Positions 9,361-19,571 are shown, numbered from the stretch's first letter. The stretch is DNA of 55,740 bases from Candidatus Nanopelagicales bacterium (GCA_030830865.1 JAURME010000017.1:1-55740); one strand, 5' to 3'. Notes: generated by a model from the letters alone, not told the origin. Made by a program: numbers and translations.

Positions 9361-10440
9361 GTGAGCAGCAGCCACCAGCCGTGGTCCCGCACGGTCCTCA
9401 TGGCGCTCCTCTCCGGCCTCCTGCTCGTCACCGGCGTGGTCGTCGCCCCGGGTGCCAGCGCCGCCCCCAGCAAGCTGGAACAGGCCCGCGACCAAGTCCG
9501 CACGCTCGAGGCGAAGGCCGAGGCGGCCACCGAGCGGTACAACAGGGCTCGCAACGAGCTGCAGGCTGTCCAGGGCGCCCTGGACAGCCTCAAGGCCAAG
9601 GTGAAACGCGAGCGCGACCAGCTCACCGAGATCCTCAGCTCGGTCGACGATCTTGCCCGCAATACCTACACCAGCGGCGGCATCGACACCTCCCTTCAGA
9701 TCCTGCTCGCGGACGATCCCACGGAGTTCCTCGCCCAGGCCGCGGCGCTCGATCAGGTGGCACAGTCCCAGGCCGCGTCACTGCGGCGAACGCAGACGGC
9801 GCGGATCCGACTCGCCCAGAGCGAGGCTGCCGTCAAGGACAAGGAGGCCATCGCCAAGAAGTACCGCAATGAGATGGCCGATGCGAAGACCGAGGCGGAC
9901 GAGCGCCTCAACGAGGCTGAGGGCGTGCTCGCCGGACTTGAGGCTGCCGAACGCCGCCGGCTCGCTGCCATGGCTGAGGAGGAGCGGCTGGCATCGCTCG
10001 CTGCAGCGCGGGCCGCGCAGCAGTCGCTGAGCGGCGGGGGATCCTCCGCCGGTGGCGGGGTGCCGCCGGTCAGTGGTCGGGCCGCCGCCGCGGTGCGCTA
10101 CGCCCTGTCCCAGGTCGGGGACCGCTACGTCGCAGCCGCCGCCGGCCCGAGCGCCTTCGACTGCTCAGGTCTGACCATGGCCGCCTGGCGGCAGGCCGGG
10201 GTCTCTCTGGCGCACTACTCGTACTCCCAGTACAGCGGGACACGCCGAATCCCGCTGAGTGAGGCTCGCCCGGGTGACCTCGTCTTCTACTTCGGCAGCG
10301 GCGTCCACCACGTGGGCATGTACATCGGCAACGGCAAGATGGTGCACGCGGCCAACCCCGGAGCGGGCGTACGCATCGATGCGGTGCTGGGCCCCTGGTA
10401 CAACCGCTACTTCAGCGGTGTCGGTCGCGTCGTCGGATGA
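9361..10440 (+). CDS. Secreted NlpC/P60 (C40) peptidoglycan endopeptidase with coiled coil (RipC-like)
   Basis: RBS AAGGAGG, signal peptide ending ASA, long coiled coil, FDCSGL, PGDLVFY, HHVGMYIGNGKMVHA. Confidence 0.93.
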   Translation: MSSSHQPWSRTVLMALLSGLLLVTGVVVAPGASAAPSKLEQARDQVRTLEAKAEAATERYNRARNELQAVQGALDSLKAKVKRERDQLTEILSSVDDLARNTYTSGGIDTSLQILLADDPTEFLAQAAALDQVAQSQAASLRRTQTARIRLAQSEAAVKDKEAIAKKYRNEMADAKTEADERLNEAEGVLAGLEAAERRRLAAMAEEERLASLAAARAAQQSLSGGGSSAGGGVPPVSGRAAAAVRYALSQVGDRYVAAAAGPSAFDCSGLTMAAWRQAGVSLAHYSYSQYSGTRRIPLSEARPGDLVFYFGSGVHHVGMYIGNGKMVHAANPGAGVRIDAVLGPWYNRYFSGVGRVVG

Positions 10441-10444
10441 CCCG

Positions 10445-10471
10445 GTACTCCTGAGCGGGGGTCAGGAGTAC
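10445..10471. terminator. Hairpin between convergent genes (possible bidirectional terminator)
   Basis: GTACTCCTGA / 7-nt loop / TCAGGAGTAC, a perfect 10-bp stem overlapping the fadD stop codon. Confidence 0.5.
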
Positions 10472-12255
10472 AGCCGCTCCACATCGTCCGCGAACTCCGA
10501 CATCACGACGCTCCGCTTCAACTTCAGCGACGGGGTCAACTGACCGCCCTCCTCAGTCCAGTCAACGGGGAGGATGGCGAACTTCTTGATCGCTTCCGCG
10601 TGGGACACGGCCTTGTTCGCCTCGTCGACCGCCGCCTGGATGACCGCGTTGAGGTCCGGATCGTCGACCATGTCGGCGACGGTCGCATCGCCCTTGCTGT
10701 TCTGCGCGGCCCAGGCCGGGAAGGACTCGGGGTCGATGGTCACCAGGGCCCCGATAAACGGCTTCGCGTCGCCTACCACCATGCACTGGCTCACCAGCCA
10801 GTTGGCCCGAAGTCGGTCCTCGAGCACGGCAGGGGCCACGTTCTTGCCTGCTGCGGTGACGATGAGCTCCTTCTTGCGCCCGGTGATGCGCACGTAGCCG
10901 TCATCGTCGATCTCGCCGATGTCGCCGGAGTGGAACCAGCCATCCGGTTCAAGGGCCTCGGCGGTCGCGGTCGGGTTGTTCCAGTAGCCGGCGAAGATCT
11001 GGCCTCCGCCGAGAAGGATCTCGCCGTCCTCCGCGATCTTGGCACGTGCGCCGGGCATGGGCTGGCCGACGGTCCCGATGCGGATCGCCTCGGGACGGTT
11101 CACGGTGCTGGCGGCTGAGGTCTCGGTGAGGCCGTAGCCCTCGAGGATCGTGACGTTGATGCCGCGGAAGAAGTGCCCGAGACGTGCGCCGAGGGGAGCA
11201 CCTCCCGACACTGCCCAGCGCACGTTGCCGCCCATGGCTGTGCGCAGCTTGCCGTACACGAGCTTGTCGAAGACCGCGTGCTTGATCTTCAGCATGAGAC
11301 CCGGGCCGCCGGTGTCCAGGGACTCGCTGTACTCGATCGCGACGTTCGCGGCCGTCTCGAAGATGTGACCCTTGCCGGCGGCATTGGCCTTCTGCTGCGC
11401 GGAGTTGTAGACCTTCTCGAATACGCGAGGCACGGCGAGCAGGAAGGTGGGCTGGAAGGAGGCGAGGGCGGGAAGCAGCTCCTTGATGTCAGCGGCGTGG
11501 CCCAGACGGACGCCCGCGCGGATGCAGCCAAGCTGGATCGCGCGCCCGAAGACGTGAGCGATCGGCACGAACAGCAGCGTGGACGAGCCGGGGGCCAGGA
11601 ACACCTCGGGAAGACCCCAGACCACCTGGTCCACCTCAAACATGAAGTTTCCGTGCGTGAGCATGCAGCCCTTGGGCCGCCCAGTGGTGCCGGACGTGTA
11701 GATGATCGTCGCCAGTGAGTCGGGGTTCAGCGTCGCACGTCGCGCCTCGAGTTCCTCGTCGCTGACGCCCGCCCCCTCGCGCTTGAGCTCATCCAGGGCT
11801 CCGTCGTCGAAGACCCAGGCGCGGGTGCAGGTGGGAGTCTGGTCGGCCACCTCGTCGTACGTGCGACGGTTCTTCTGGCTCTCGAGGAAGATCGCCACGG
11901 CGCCTGAGTCGCTCAGCATCCATTGGATCTGCTCAGCTGATGACGTCTCGTAGACCGGGACGCCTACGCAGCCGGCGTACCAGATCGCGAAGTCGACGAG
12001 AGTCCATTCATAGCGGGTACGGCTCATGACGCCGATGCGCTCACCGGCATCGACGCCGTTGGCGATGATGCCCTTCGCCACGGCCCGGACCTCGTCGAGG
12101 AACTCCTGCGCCGTCATGCCCACCCAGGCGTCACCTCGGGGGATCGACAGCGCGACATTGGACGGGTTCGTCGCGGCGTTCTCGACGATGGAGTCGACCA
12201 GGCTTCCGGTGGTCGGGACGGCGACGGCCTCGGGTAGCGAGAATTCAGTCCTCAT
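10462..12255 (-). CDS. fadD: Long-chain fatty acid-CoA ligase (FadD15-like)
   Basis: YTSGTTGRPKG, EGYGLTE, WFHSGDIG, TPSLKLKR; start MRTEFSLP at 12255. Confidence 0.93.
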   Translation of the reverse strand: MRTEFSLPEAVAVPTTGSLVDSIVENAATNPSNVALSIPRGDAWVGMTAQEFLDEVRAVAKGIIANGVDAGERIGVMSRTRYEWTLVDFAIWYAGCVGVPVYETSSAEQIQWMLSDSGAVAIFLESQKNRRTYDEVADQTPTCTRAWVFDDGALDELKREGAGVSDEELEARRATLNPDSLATIIYTSGTTGRPKGCMLTHGNFMFEVDQVVWGLPEVFLAPGSSTLLFVPIAHVFGRAIQLGCIRAGVRLGHAADIKELLPALASFQPTFLLAVPRVFEKVYNSAQQKANAAGKGHIFETAANVAIEYSESLDTGGPGLMLKIKHAVFDKLVYGKLRTAMGGNVRWAVSGGAPLGARLGHFFRGINVTILEGYGLTETSAASTVNRPEAIRIGTVGQPMPGARAKIAEDGEILLGGGQIFAGYWNNPTATAEALEPDGWFHSGDIGEIDDDGYVRITGRKKELIVTAAGKNVAPAVLEDRLRANWLVSQCMVVGDAKPFIGALVTIDPESFPAWAAQNSKGDATVADMVDDPDLNAVIQAAVDEANKAVSHAEAIKKFAILPVDWTEEGGQLTPSLKLKRSVVMSEFADDVERLYS

Positions 12256-12316
12256 ATCCCCACCGTAGATCAGGGTGAGCGGGTTGGCAGCCGGAATCCC
12301 ATGGCATTCTGGCCGG

Positions 12317-12736
12317 ATGGCAAGCGTGACGATCGTTGACGAGGTTGTCGTCGTGGTCCCCCGTGAGGCCCTCCTGCACCTGCTGGTCGACCGGACTCGG
12401 TGGGCGCTCTGGTGGCCGGGAAGCGAGGCGATCCTCGTGGGGGAGGCCACGGGCGAGCGTCTGGCGTGGACCCTGACAGGAGCTCTCGTGGGGTTCACGT
12501 CTGTCACCGTGTCGACCCACGCCGACGGGGTCCTGGTGCAGTACGCCCTCGATGCCGATCCGGCCGAGCCCGGTTCGCGATCCCGTCCGCGCCCGCTCGG
12601 CCAATCACCGCATGGCCGGCGTGAGGCCCGGGAACTGCGGCAGCGGCACCAGATGGCCTGGCGGCGCACCGTGTGGTCGCTGGCGGCGGAGTATGACGAG
12701 GTCATGCGGTCGCGGGGCCCGGGGTCGGGGTCCTGA
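12317..12736 (+). CDS. SRPBCC / polyketide-cyclase-like hypothetical protein (Rv2186c-like)
   Basis: SVTIVDEVVV...WALWWPG...WTLTGALVG; syntenic position divergent from fadD15. Confidence 0.7.
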   Translation: MASVTIVDEVVVVVPREALLHLLVDRTRWALWWPGSEAILVGEATGERLAWTLTGALVGFTSVTVSTHADGVLVQYALDADPAEPGSRSRPRPLGQSPHGRREARELRQRHQMAWRRTVWSLAAEYDEVMRSRGPGSGS

Positions 12737-12739
12737 CGC

Positions 12740-13522
12740 ATGCGCGTCCACGTCGTCAGCGATGTCCACGGTGCGGCGCCCGAGCTGAGCCGCGCGGCCG
12801 AGGGCGCTGACGTCTTCGTCTGCCTGGGAGACCTGATCTGCTTCCTGGACTACCACGACCCCAGCCGCGGGATCTTCGCCGACCTCTTCGGCTCAGAGCA
12901 TGCTGCCCAGTACATCGCCCTGCGCACCGCGAACCGGTTCGCCGAGGCCCGCGAGCTGTCGGCCCGGGCCTGGGCCGACCTCGGCGTGGACGGGCAGGAG
13001 GGTCGCTGGGGGGTGATGCAGGCCATGGTGCGCTCGCAGTACGAGGAGCTGTTCGACGCCATGCCGCGGCCAGCCCTGCTGACGTACGGAAACGTCGATC
13101 TTCCCGATCTCTGGCCGGACTTCCTCGCCGACGACCACCGCGTCCTCGATGGCGAGGTGGTAGAGGTGGGTGGACTTCGGTGGGGTTTCGTCGGCGGCGG
13201 ATTGCAGAGTCCCATGCGGACGCCCTTCGAGGTCTCGCCGGAGGTCTACGCGGCGAAGGTCGCTGCGCTCGGTCCCGTCGATGTGCTGTTCACGCACATC
13301 CCGCCCTCGCTGCCGGAACTCACCTACGACGTGGAGGCCCGACGCTTCGAGATCGGCAGTCAGGTGCTCCTCGACTACGTGCATGAGCACCAGCCGCGCT
13401 ACCACCTGTTCGGGCACATCCATCAGCCGCTCGTGGCCCGGACTCGAATCGGACGCACGGAGTGCCTGAACGTCGGTCACTTCCAGGGCCGGGGTCGGCC
13501 GTTCGTCCTGGACCTGACGTGA
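12740..13522 (+). CDS. Calcineurin-like metallophosphoesterase
   Basis: SDVHG, LGDL, YGNVD, THIPP and FGHIH motifs. Confidence 0.9.
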   Translation: MRVHVVSDVHGAAPELSRAAEGADVFVCLGDLICFLDYHDPSRGIFADLFGSEHAAQYIALRTANRFAEARELSARAWADLGVDGQEGRWGVMQAMVRSQYEELFDAMPRPALLTYGNVDLPDLWPDFLADDHRVLDGEVVEVGGLRWGFVGGGLQSPMRTPFEVSPEVYAAKVAALGPVDVLFTHIPPSLPELTYDVEARRFEIGSQVLLDYVHEHQPRYHLFGHIHQPLVARTRIGRTECLNVGHFQGRGRPFVLDLT

Positions 13523-13561
13523 GGCATCCCGCCGAACACCGGAGCGGGTACCCTGCGAGCC

Positions 13562-14008
13562 ATGGCCGATCAGACCGAGTCCAGCATCGTCATCGACGCA
13601 TCCCCCGCCGCGGTGATGGGGGTCATCGCCGACCTTCCCGCGTATCCGGACTGGAGCGACGGCATCACGCAGGTCACGGTGCTGGCCGTCTACGAGGACG
13701 ACAACCGGCCGGCCGACGCGCGATTCGTGCTGGACTCCGGCGCCATCAAGGACACGTACGAGCTCGAGTACGACTGGGACGACGACCGTTCGGTCTCCTG
13801 GACCCTGACCAAGGGCGACATGCTCACGGCAATGGACGGGGCGTACGACCTCAAGGACAACGGCGACGGCACGACGACCGTGCACTACCGACTCTCCGTC
13901 GACGTCAAGATCCCCATGATCGGCATGATCAAGCGCAAGGCCGAGCGGGTCATCGTCGACACCGCACTCAAGGGCCTGAAGAAGCGGGTCGAGTCCGGCG
14001 CGTCCTGA
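13562..14008 (+). CDS. SRPBCC (START-like) family protein
   Basis: MADQTESSIVIDASPAAVMGVIADLPAYPDW...KRKAERVIVDTALKGLKKRVE. Confidence 0.88.
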   Translation: MADQTESSIVIDASPAAVMGVIADLPAYPDWSDGITQVTVLAVYEDDNRPADARFVLDSGAIKDTYELEYDWDDDRSVSWTLTKGDMLTAMDGAYDLKDNGDGTTTVHYRLSVDVKIPMIGMIKRKAERVIVDTALKGLKKRVESGAS

Positions 14009-14102
14009 CCCCCATGATCAGGGTTCGCATGATCATGGTCCGCGAGAGCGCGATGGAGCCGCGTGCTCGCGTCACCGGCGCCGACATCGTCGGAGGCGTG
14101 TC

Positions 14103-15155
14103 GTGAGCCGGATCGTCATCATGGCCGGCGTCGGGGGTGCCGGGACCACGTCCCTCGTCGATGCCACGGTCCGTGATGCCCGATCGACGGGCGCCTCGGT
14201 GCGCTCGATCGACGCCGCCGAGCCCCAACGGTCGTTGGCCCTCGACCTGAGCGCTCTCGTCTCAGCCACCATCGGGTCGATGGCCGTGTCCTCGGGCGCG
14301 GATCGCCTTGCGCCGGAGGCCTGGGCATCACTCCCGGGAGTGCGCATCCTTGCTGTCCTCGACGAGATGCGACGAGCGTGCCTCGAGGAGGACGTCGTCG
14401 TGGTCGACGCCGGTTCCCTCGTCACCCTGCGCGAACTCCTGGAGCTGCCGCACGTGCTCCTGAGGCTGCTCGACGCCAGCCTCACTCCGCGCTCCGCGAT
14501 GGCGAGACCCGACTCCGGCGCGCTGTTCGACTCCCTCTCGGAGGCGCGGTTGCAGGTGCTCCACCTGCAGTCCGTGCTGACGTCGGACTCGACATCGGTG
14601 CGCCTGGTGGGCCGGGCCGAGGCCGATGGCATCGACCCCGTCGTCGCCGCAGCGGGGACTGCGAGCCTGCTCGGGCTGACCGTCGACGGCGTCATCCTGG
14701 CGCGCTTCCCGCGACGAAGGGACGGGGCCTCCGACCGGGTGCGCAAGCAGGCCCGCCGTGTTGAGGCGGTCCTGCAGGCGGCGCTGCTGCACGTTCCGGT
14801 GTGGCGGTCGTCCGACCGACCGCGATCGGCGCCGAAGGGCCGCGCAGTCCTGGATGTGCTGGCTCCGGCCAATGCGGTCGCTCCGCTCGGAGAGCCGGTC
14901 GCCGCGGGCGACGGCTACCGGTGGGACCTGCGGATGCCCGGCGAGGTGGCGCAGCGGGTCCGTGCGGGAACCCAGGGAGGAGCCCTCGTGCTGGAGTGCC
15001 GGGGCGTGCATCGCTGGCTCGAGCTTCCCGCGGTGCTCAAGCGGTGCGTCGCCGTCGACGGAGAGCGCACGGAGGGGGGCCTGTCCCTTCGATGGGTCCC
15101 GGATGCCGACGTCTGGCCGCGAGCCGACCGGGAGGAGCGTGGTGTGGATGACTGA
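14103..15155 (+). CDS. ArsA/Get3-family protein (Rv2184c-like) with a degenerate P-loop and C-terminal HSP20-like domain
   Basis: MSRIVIMAGVGGAGTTS, LPG...VVVVDAG, TSVRLV, LELPAVLKRC...LRWVPD; syntenic position. Confidence 0.72.
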   Translation: MSRIVIMAGVGGAGTTSLVDATVRDARSTGASVRSIDAAEPQRSLALDLSALVSATIGSMAVSSGADRLAPEAWASLPGVRILAVLDEMRRACLEEDVVVVDAGSLVTLRELLELPHVLLRLLDASLTPRSAMARPDSGALFDSLSEARLQVLHLQSVLTSDSTSVRLVGRAEADGIDPVVAAAGTASLLGLTVDGVILARFPRRRDGASDRVRKQARRVEAVLQAALLHVPVWRSSDRPRSAPKGRAVLDVLAPANAVAPLGEPVAAGDGYRWDLRMPGEVAQRVRAGTQGGALVLECRGVHRWLELPAVLKRCVAVDGERTEGGLSLRWVPDADVWPRADREERGVDD

Positions 15156-15516
15156 TCACGACGGTGCAGCACCGCGGTCTCCGGACGAGCCGTGGTGGTA
15201 TTCCGGCCCCCCCCATGGCGCCGAGCCACCTCCCGCCGAAAGTCAGGGCAGTCAGGAGCCTGGCGCGATCGACTGGATGGGGATGCTCGCCGGTGCGGCA
15301 CGCATGGTGGACTGGGCTCGTGGTGCGGTCCTGGATCCGCACAGTGAGCATGCCGATCCGACGGAGCATGCGGACTGCATGATCTGCCGCACCCTGGTCG
15401 TCGTCGGTGATCAGGTCGGCATGACCCCCGGCGCTGATGGTCCACCCAGTGCCCCGCCATCCGCGGAGGCACCCGAGCCCGACCCCATCCGGTGGATCCC
15501 CCTGCACGACCGATAG
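15148..15516 (+). CDS. Hypothetical protein (Rv2183c-like position)
   Basis: MTDHD..., H-A-D-C-M-I-C-R motif, C-terminal IRWIPL; overlaps the ArsA-like stop. Confidence 0.6.
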   Translation: MTDHDGAAPRSPDEPWWYSGPPHGAEPPPAESQGSQEPGAIDWMGMLAGAARMVDWARGAVLDPHSEHADPTEHADCMICRTLVVVGDQVGMTPGADGPPSAPPSAEAPEPDPIRWIPLHDR

Positions 15517-15546
15517 CGGTCAACGCTGGGCGTTAGGCTCCCGCAC

Positions 15547-16542
15547 ATGTCCGAGAAGGCGCCCCCTCCGCTGCCCGGCACGGCCGGGAGTGCCGGCGGT
15601 CTCGCCGTCGGCGTCGACATCGGCGGCACGAAGATCCTCGCGGGAACCGTTACCCCTGAGGGCGAGATCATCGCGACGGCCCGTCGTCCCACCCCCCGTC
15701 ACGACGCCGACGATGTGCTGGCCACCGTGGCCGAGGCCGTCCGTGAACTCGTCGAGAGCGCCGACGCCCCGATCGCCAGCGTCGGTGTGGGCGTGGCGGG
15801 TCTGGTCGACCGTGACCGATCCCGCGTCTACTTCGCCCCGAACCTGCGATGGGCGCAGGTCCCTGTCCGGACGCTGCTCGAGGCCTCGACCGGGCTGCCG
15901 GTCGTCGTCGAGAACGATGGCAACGTGGCCGCCTGGGGTGAGTACCGGTTCGGTGCCGGGCACGAGGTGTCCGACATGGTCCTCGTGACCGTCGGCACGG
16001 GCATCGGTGGCGGCATCGTCATCGATGGGTCCCTCTTCCGCGGATCGCACGGAGCCGCCGGGGAGATCGGGCACCTCAATGCCGTGCCGGACGGGCGGCC
16101 CTGCGGATGCGGGCGCAACGGCTGCTGGGAGCAGTACGCCAGCGGCAATGCCCTGGTGCGTGAGGCTCGGGCCCTGGCTGCCGACCGCCGCTCCGAGGCG
16201 GGGCTGCTCCTCTCCCTCGGCGACGGTACTCCCGAGGGCGTGCAGGGCCAGCAGGTCACCGAGGCCGCCCGCGCAGGTGATCCGATCGCGATCGAGGCGT
16301 TCGCCATCGTCGGCACCTGGCTGGGTCGCGGACTGGCGGATCTCGCCGCCGTCCTCGACCCCGAGATGTTCGTCATCGGCGGCGGCGTCTCCGAATCCGG
16401 CGACCTGCTCCTTGCTAGTGCTCGCCAGACCCTGGCGGACAAGCTCATCGGCCAGCAGAACCGCCCGGCCCCGGTCGTGCGGTCCGCCGGGCTCACCAAC
16501 CGCGCCGGCATCGTGGGTGCCGCGGACCTCTCGCGCCACTAG
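15547..16542 (+). CDS. glkA: ROK-family glucokinase
   Basis: GVDIGGTKI, VENDGN, GTGIGGG, GEIGH, CGCGRNGCWEQYASG. Confidence 0.92.
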   Translation: MSEKAPPPLPGTAGSAGGLAVGVDIGGTKILAGTVTPEGEIIATARRPTPRHDADDVLATVAEAVRELVESADAPIASVGVGVAGLVDRDRSRVYFAPNLRWAQVPVRTLLEASTGLPVVVENDGNVAAWGEYRFGAGHEVSDMVLVTVGTGIGGGIVIDGSLFRGSHGAAGEIGHLNAVPDGRPCGCGRNGCWEQYASGNALVREARALAADRRSEAGLLLSLGDGTPEGVQGQQVTEAARAGDPIAIEAFAIVGTWLGRGLADLAAVLDPEMFVIGGGVSESGDLLLASARQTLADKLIGQQNRPAPVVRSAGLTNRAGIVGAADLSRH

Positions 16543-16559
16543 GCGCCCGGAGGACGCGC

Positions 16560-16997
16560 TCACACGACCGCGCCGTTGCCCCCCTCGTCGTCGCGCTCGT
16601 CCTTCATCCGCGCGATGAGAGCCGCGAAGCCGGCCACCGTTGCCGCGATGCCGAGTCCGGCGAGCCAGGTCTCCCAGTTCAGCACGCTCACGGCGATGAT
16701 GAGCGCCGGTCCGCCGATGACTGCCGACCACGCGAAGCGGGCGACAGTGTCCGCGGGCCGGGGGAGCGGTGGTGGATGCGGGGGGACGTAGCCCTCGGCG
16801 TCGTCGTCCAGCTCGAGCTCCTCAGGTTCGGCGAGCGGATCGGGGTGGTCGCCGGTGGTCGAGAGGGGCGGAAGCGATCGCTCGCGTGGGAACTGCTCGC
16901 CGAGGTCGATCTGACCGCTGAGGTCGGCGACGATCGCATCCCACGCCTGCTGCTCGTGCTCGGGCAGGTCGTCGTGACGGGGCTCGGGAGTGGACAT
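16560..16997 (-). CDS. Hypothetical membrane protein (acidic N-terminus, two TM helices)
   Basis: AWDAIVAD...YVPPHPPPLP, two hydrophobic segments, ends GNGAVV. Confidence 0.75.
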   Translation of the reverse strand: MSTPEPRHDDLPEHEQQAWDAIVADLSGQIDLGEQFPRERSLPPLSTTGDHPDPLAEPEELELDDDAEGYVPPHPPPLPRPADTVARFAWSAVIGGPALIIAVSVLNWETWLAGLGIAATVAGFAALIARMKDERDDEGGNGAVV

Positions 16998-17007
16998 CGG
17001 CCAGGCA

Positions 17008-17754
17008 CTACACCGTCACGCGACGGACGAACTCGACGCTGTCCCGGACGATGATCTCGGCGTCATAGTCCAGGGTCGCGACGTGGTACGAGTCCGCGAG
17101 GACCACCTCCTCGCGGTCCGCAGAGGAGACGTGCTCGAGGATGAAGGCCGCGTTCGAGGGCTCGACGACGTGATCCTGGGCGCTCCGGAAGAGCAGCAGG
17201 GGCTGGGTCACGCGGGGCATGTCGGCCTTGATCTCCCGCCACATCTGCTGCATCGAGTGTGCCGCTTTGAGGGGAATGCGATCGTAGGCGCCCTCGTCCT
17301 GGCCGGGCTTGGCGATGTCGTTCGAGATCCCGGGGAAGCCGCCGATGAAGCGCTGCAGGACCGGCAGCAGGAAGCGGTCCGGTCGCTCGGTGTGGACCGC
17401 TGGATTGACCAGGACCAGCCCGCTGACGGCGTCCCCGTGCTGCTGCGCGAGCTTGAGGGTCAGTGACCCTCCCATCGACAATCCCATGACGACGACCCGC
17501 GAGCAGGTGTCCCGCAGGGCGCGCATCGCCCGATCGGCCTCGTGATACCAGTCCTGCCACGTCGTGCGGTTCATGTCCTGCCAGCGTGTCCCGTGCCCGG
17601 GAAGGAGCGGCACCGAGACCGACCAGCCCTGCTCCGCCATGGCCCTGGCCCACGGGGTGACCGACTTGGGTGAGCCGGTGAACCCGTGGAGGACCAGCAC
17701 TCCGACGTCGTCGCCGGCAGCGACCCACGGCTCGCTGCCGGGAATGGATGACAT
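17008..17754 (-). CDS. Alpha/beta hydrolase (carboxylesterase / monoacylglycerol lipase-like)
   Basis: HGFTGSP, GLSMGG nucleophile elbow, DHVV, SYHVATLD; RBS AGGAG before ATG 17754. Confidence 0.92.
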   Translation of the reverse strand: MSSIPGSEPWVAAGDDVGVLVLHGFTGSPKSVTPWARAMAEQGWSVSVPLLPGHGTRWQDMNRTTWQDWYHEADRAMRALRDTCSRVVVMGLSMGGSLTLKLAQQHGDAVSGLVLVNPAVHTERPDRFLLPVLQRFIGGFPGISNDIAKPGQDEGAYDRIPLKAAHSMQQMWREIKADMPRVTQPLLLFRSAQDHVVEPSNAAFILEHVSSADREEVVLADSYHVATLDYDAEIIVRDSVEFVRRVTV

Positions 17755-17843
17755 GGCTCGGTCTCCTGTCGCACCTGGTGGCTGGGCAAGCACACGGCTG
17801 GTGCCTGCCGCCACTAGTGTGCCACCAAGGAGGGAGACCACCG

Positions 17844-18563
17844 GTGCTGTACTGGATTCTCAAGCACGTGCTCGTGGGGCCGTGGCTCCGTGTGCTGTTC
17901 CGCCCGTGGGTGGAGGGTCTGGAGAACGTGCCGCAGCAGGGGCCTGCGATCTTCGCGTCCAATCACCTGTCCTTCTCCGACTCGTTCTTCCTGCCGCTCG
18001 TGGTGCCGCGCCACATCACGTTCCTGGCCAAGAGCGACTACTTCACCGGCTCGGGCATCAAGGGTCGCCTGACGAAATGGTTCTTTGCCGGAGTGGGGCA
18101 GGTGCCCGTTGACCGGTCAGGAGGGCGCGCCTCCGAGGCTGCTCTGCGCACCGGACTCCGGATCCTCGGGGAGGGCAAGCTCCTCGGCATCTATCCGGAG
18201 GGCACGCGGTCACCCAACGGCACGCTCTACCGGGGCAAGACGGGGGTCGCGCGCATGGCCATGGTGGCCCAGGTGCCGATCATCCCGGTGGCCATGGTCA
18301 ACACGTATGAGATCCAGCCACCCGGGGAGGTGCGGCCCAGCCTGCGGCGAGTGGGCGTGCGCATCGGCCGTCCGCTGGACTTCTCCCGCTACGAGGGCCT
18401 GGAGAACGATCGCTTCGTCCTTCGCTCGATCACCGACGAGGTGATGTACGAGCTCATGTCGCTGTCGGGCCAGGAGTACGTGGACATGTACGCCACCCGG
18501 GCCAAGGAACTCATCGCCGAGGGATCCCCGGCGGACTCCCGTTCCATGGTGCCGGGCGACTAG
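17844..18563 (+). CDS. plsC: 1-acyl-sn-glycerol-3-phosphate acyltransferase
   Basis: NHLSFSD (HxxxxD), YPEGTRS; RBS AAGGAGGGAG before GTG 17844. Confidence 0.93.
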   Translation: MLYWILKHVLVGPWLRVLFRPWVEGLENVPQQGPAIFASNHLSFSDSFFLPLVVPRHITFLAKSDYFTGSGIKGRLTKWFFAGVGQVPVDRSGGRASEAALRTGLRILGEGKLLGIYPEGTRSPNGTLYRGKTGVARMAMVAQVPIIPVAMVNTYEIQPPGEVRPSLRRVGVRIGRPLDFSRYEGLENDRFVLRSITDEVMYELMSLSGQEYVDMYATRAKELIAEGSPADSRSMVPGD

Positions 18564-18566
18564 CCG

Positions 18567-19562
18567 TCAGTACCGCGTCGCCCCAACCTGATGCGCGCGA
18601 CGGCGGTAGATCGGTCGGGCGGCCGCCTCGATGCTCAGGGCGATGCCCGCGGCGAGCAGGGTGAAGCCGACCCGCAACTCCGCGGTCTCGACCACCGAGC
18701 GACCCAGCCCCTCGAGCAGGACCACCCCCGGGGTCATTGCCACGACGTACTGCCAATAGGGCCGCGTCGTGGTGGTGCGGATCGTCAGGGCCGTGACGGC
18801 GGCGATCGCCGCCAGGGCGTAGAGGATGACCGGGAAGTCCTGGAGAACGGCGTACAGGGCCATGGCGAGCAGGACCCCCCCGACGGTCCCGACCGCGCGC
18901 TCGACCGTGAGTCGCCAGGCATCCTTCAGGTCGGGCTGCAGGATGATGACGAAGGTCATGAGGAACCAGGCTCCGCCGTGGCCGAGGTCGAGGAGGACGA
19001 CGAACCAGCCGCTGACACCAAGGACGACGGCGAGCGTGCCCGCGTAGGCAACGGCTCGGGCTCGCGACGATGGGTCTGGTTCGCGGGGGTGCAGGGAGCG
19101 ACGCCAGCGGATGAACAGCCCGGCAGCCAGTCCCCACCCCGCGGCAGTCCCCGTGGCGATCATCAGGGTGACGCTCGGGCCCCACCCGACGTCGGCCAGC
19201 GGGGGAGGCTCGGCGATGAGGAAGATGATCCCGATCGCCGCCACGACCAGCGGGCCGGATGCGTCCCGGGTCGACGCGGCACCCAGGAGGACTCCGGTGC
19301 ACGCGAGCACCAGGGCCGCCAACCACGGGGTGGTGGACGCGGGTGCGGCGAGACCGGACAGCACGATGATGGCGAGCACGGTGGTGACCGCGATCCACCG
19401 GGGAGCCATCAGCGCCGGGATGAGGGTGCCGAGCGCTGCCAGGGTGGCGACGCTCGTCAGCACCGGATAGCCCACCCAGGTAATGACCAGCCCCGGCAGG
19501 AAGGCGAGGGCGAGCAGGACTGTGATGCCGACCAACACCGAGGCGCGCTGGCGGTTGTCCAC
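18567..19562 (-). CDS. FUSC-family (aromatic acid exporter-like) membrane protein
   Basis: About 10 hydrophobic segments; HGGAWFLMTFVIILQP...ERAVGTVGG pattern; RBS AGGAGG. Confidence 0.75.
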   Translation of the reverse strand: MDNRQRASVLVGITVLLALAFLPGLVITWVGYPVLTSVATLAALGTLIPALMAPRWIAVTTVLAIIVLSGLAAPASTTPWLAALVLACTGVLLGAASTRDASGPLVVAAIGIIFLIAEPPPLADVGWGPSVTLMIATGTAAGWGLAAGLFIRWRRSLHPREPDPSSRARAVAYAGTLAVVLGVSGWFVVLLDLGHGGAWFLMTFVIILQPDLKDAWRLTVERAVGTVGGVLLAMALYAVLQDFPVILYALAAIAAVTALTIRTTTTRPYWQYVVAMTPGVVLLEGLGRSVVETAELRVGFTLLAAGIALSIEAAARPIYRRRAHQVGATRY

Positions 19563-19571
19563 GCCGGCCTC

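Noticed and set aside
14013-14042. Imperfect 15-bp tandem repeat (CATGATCAGGGTTCG / CATGATCATGGTCCG)
   Set aside because: Only two degenerate copies and no recognisable operator; too weak to interpret.
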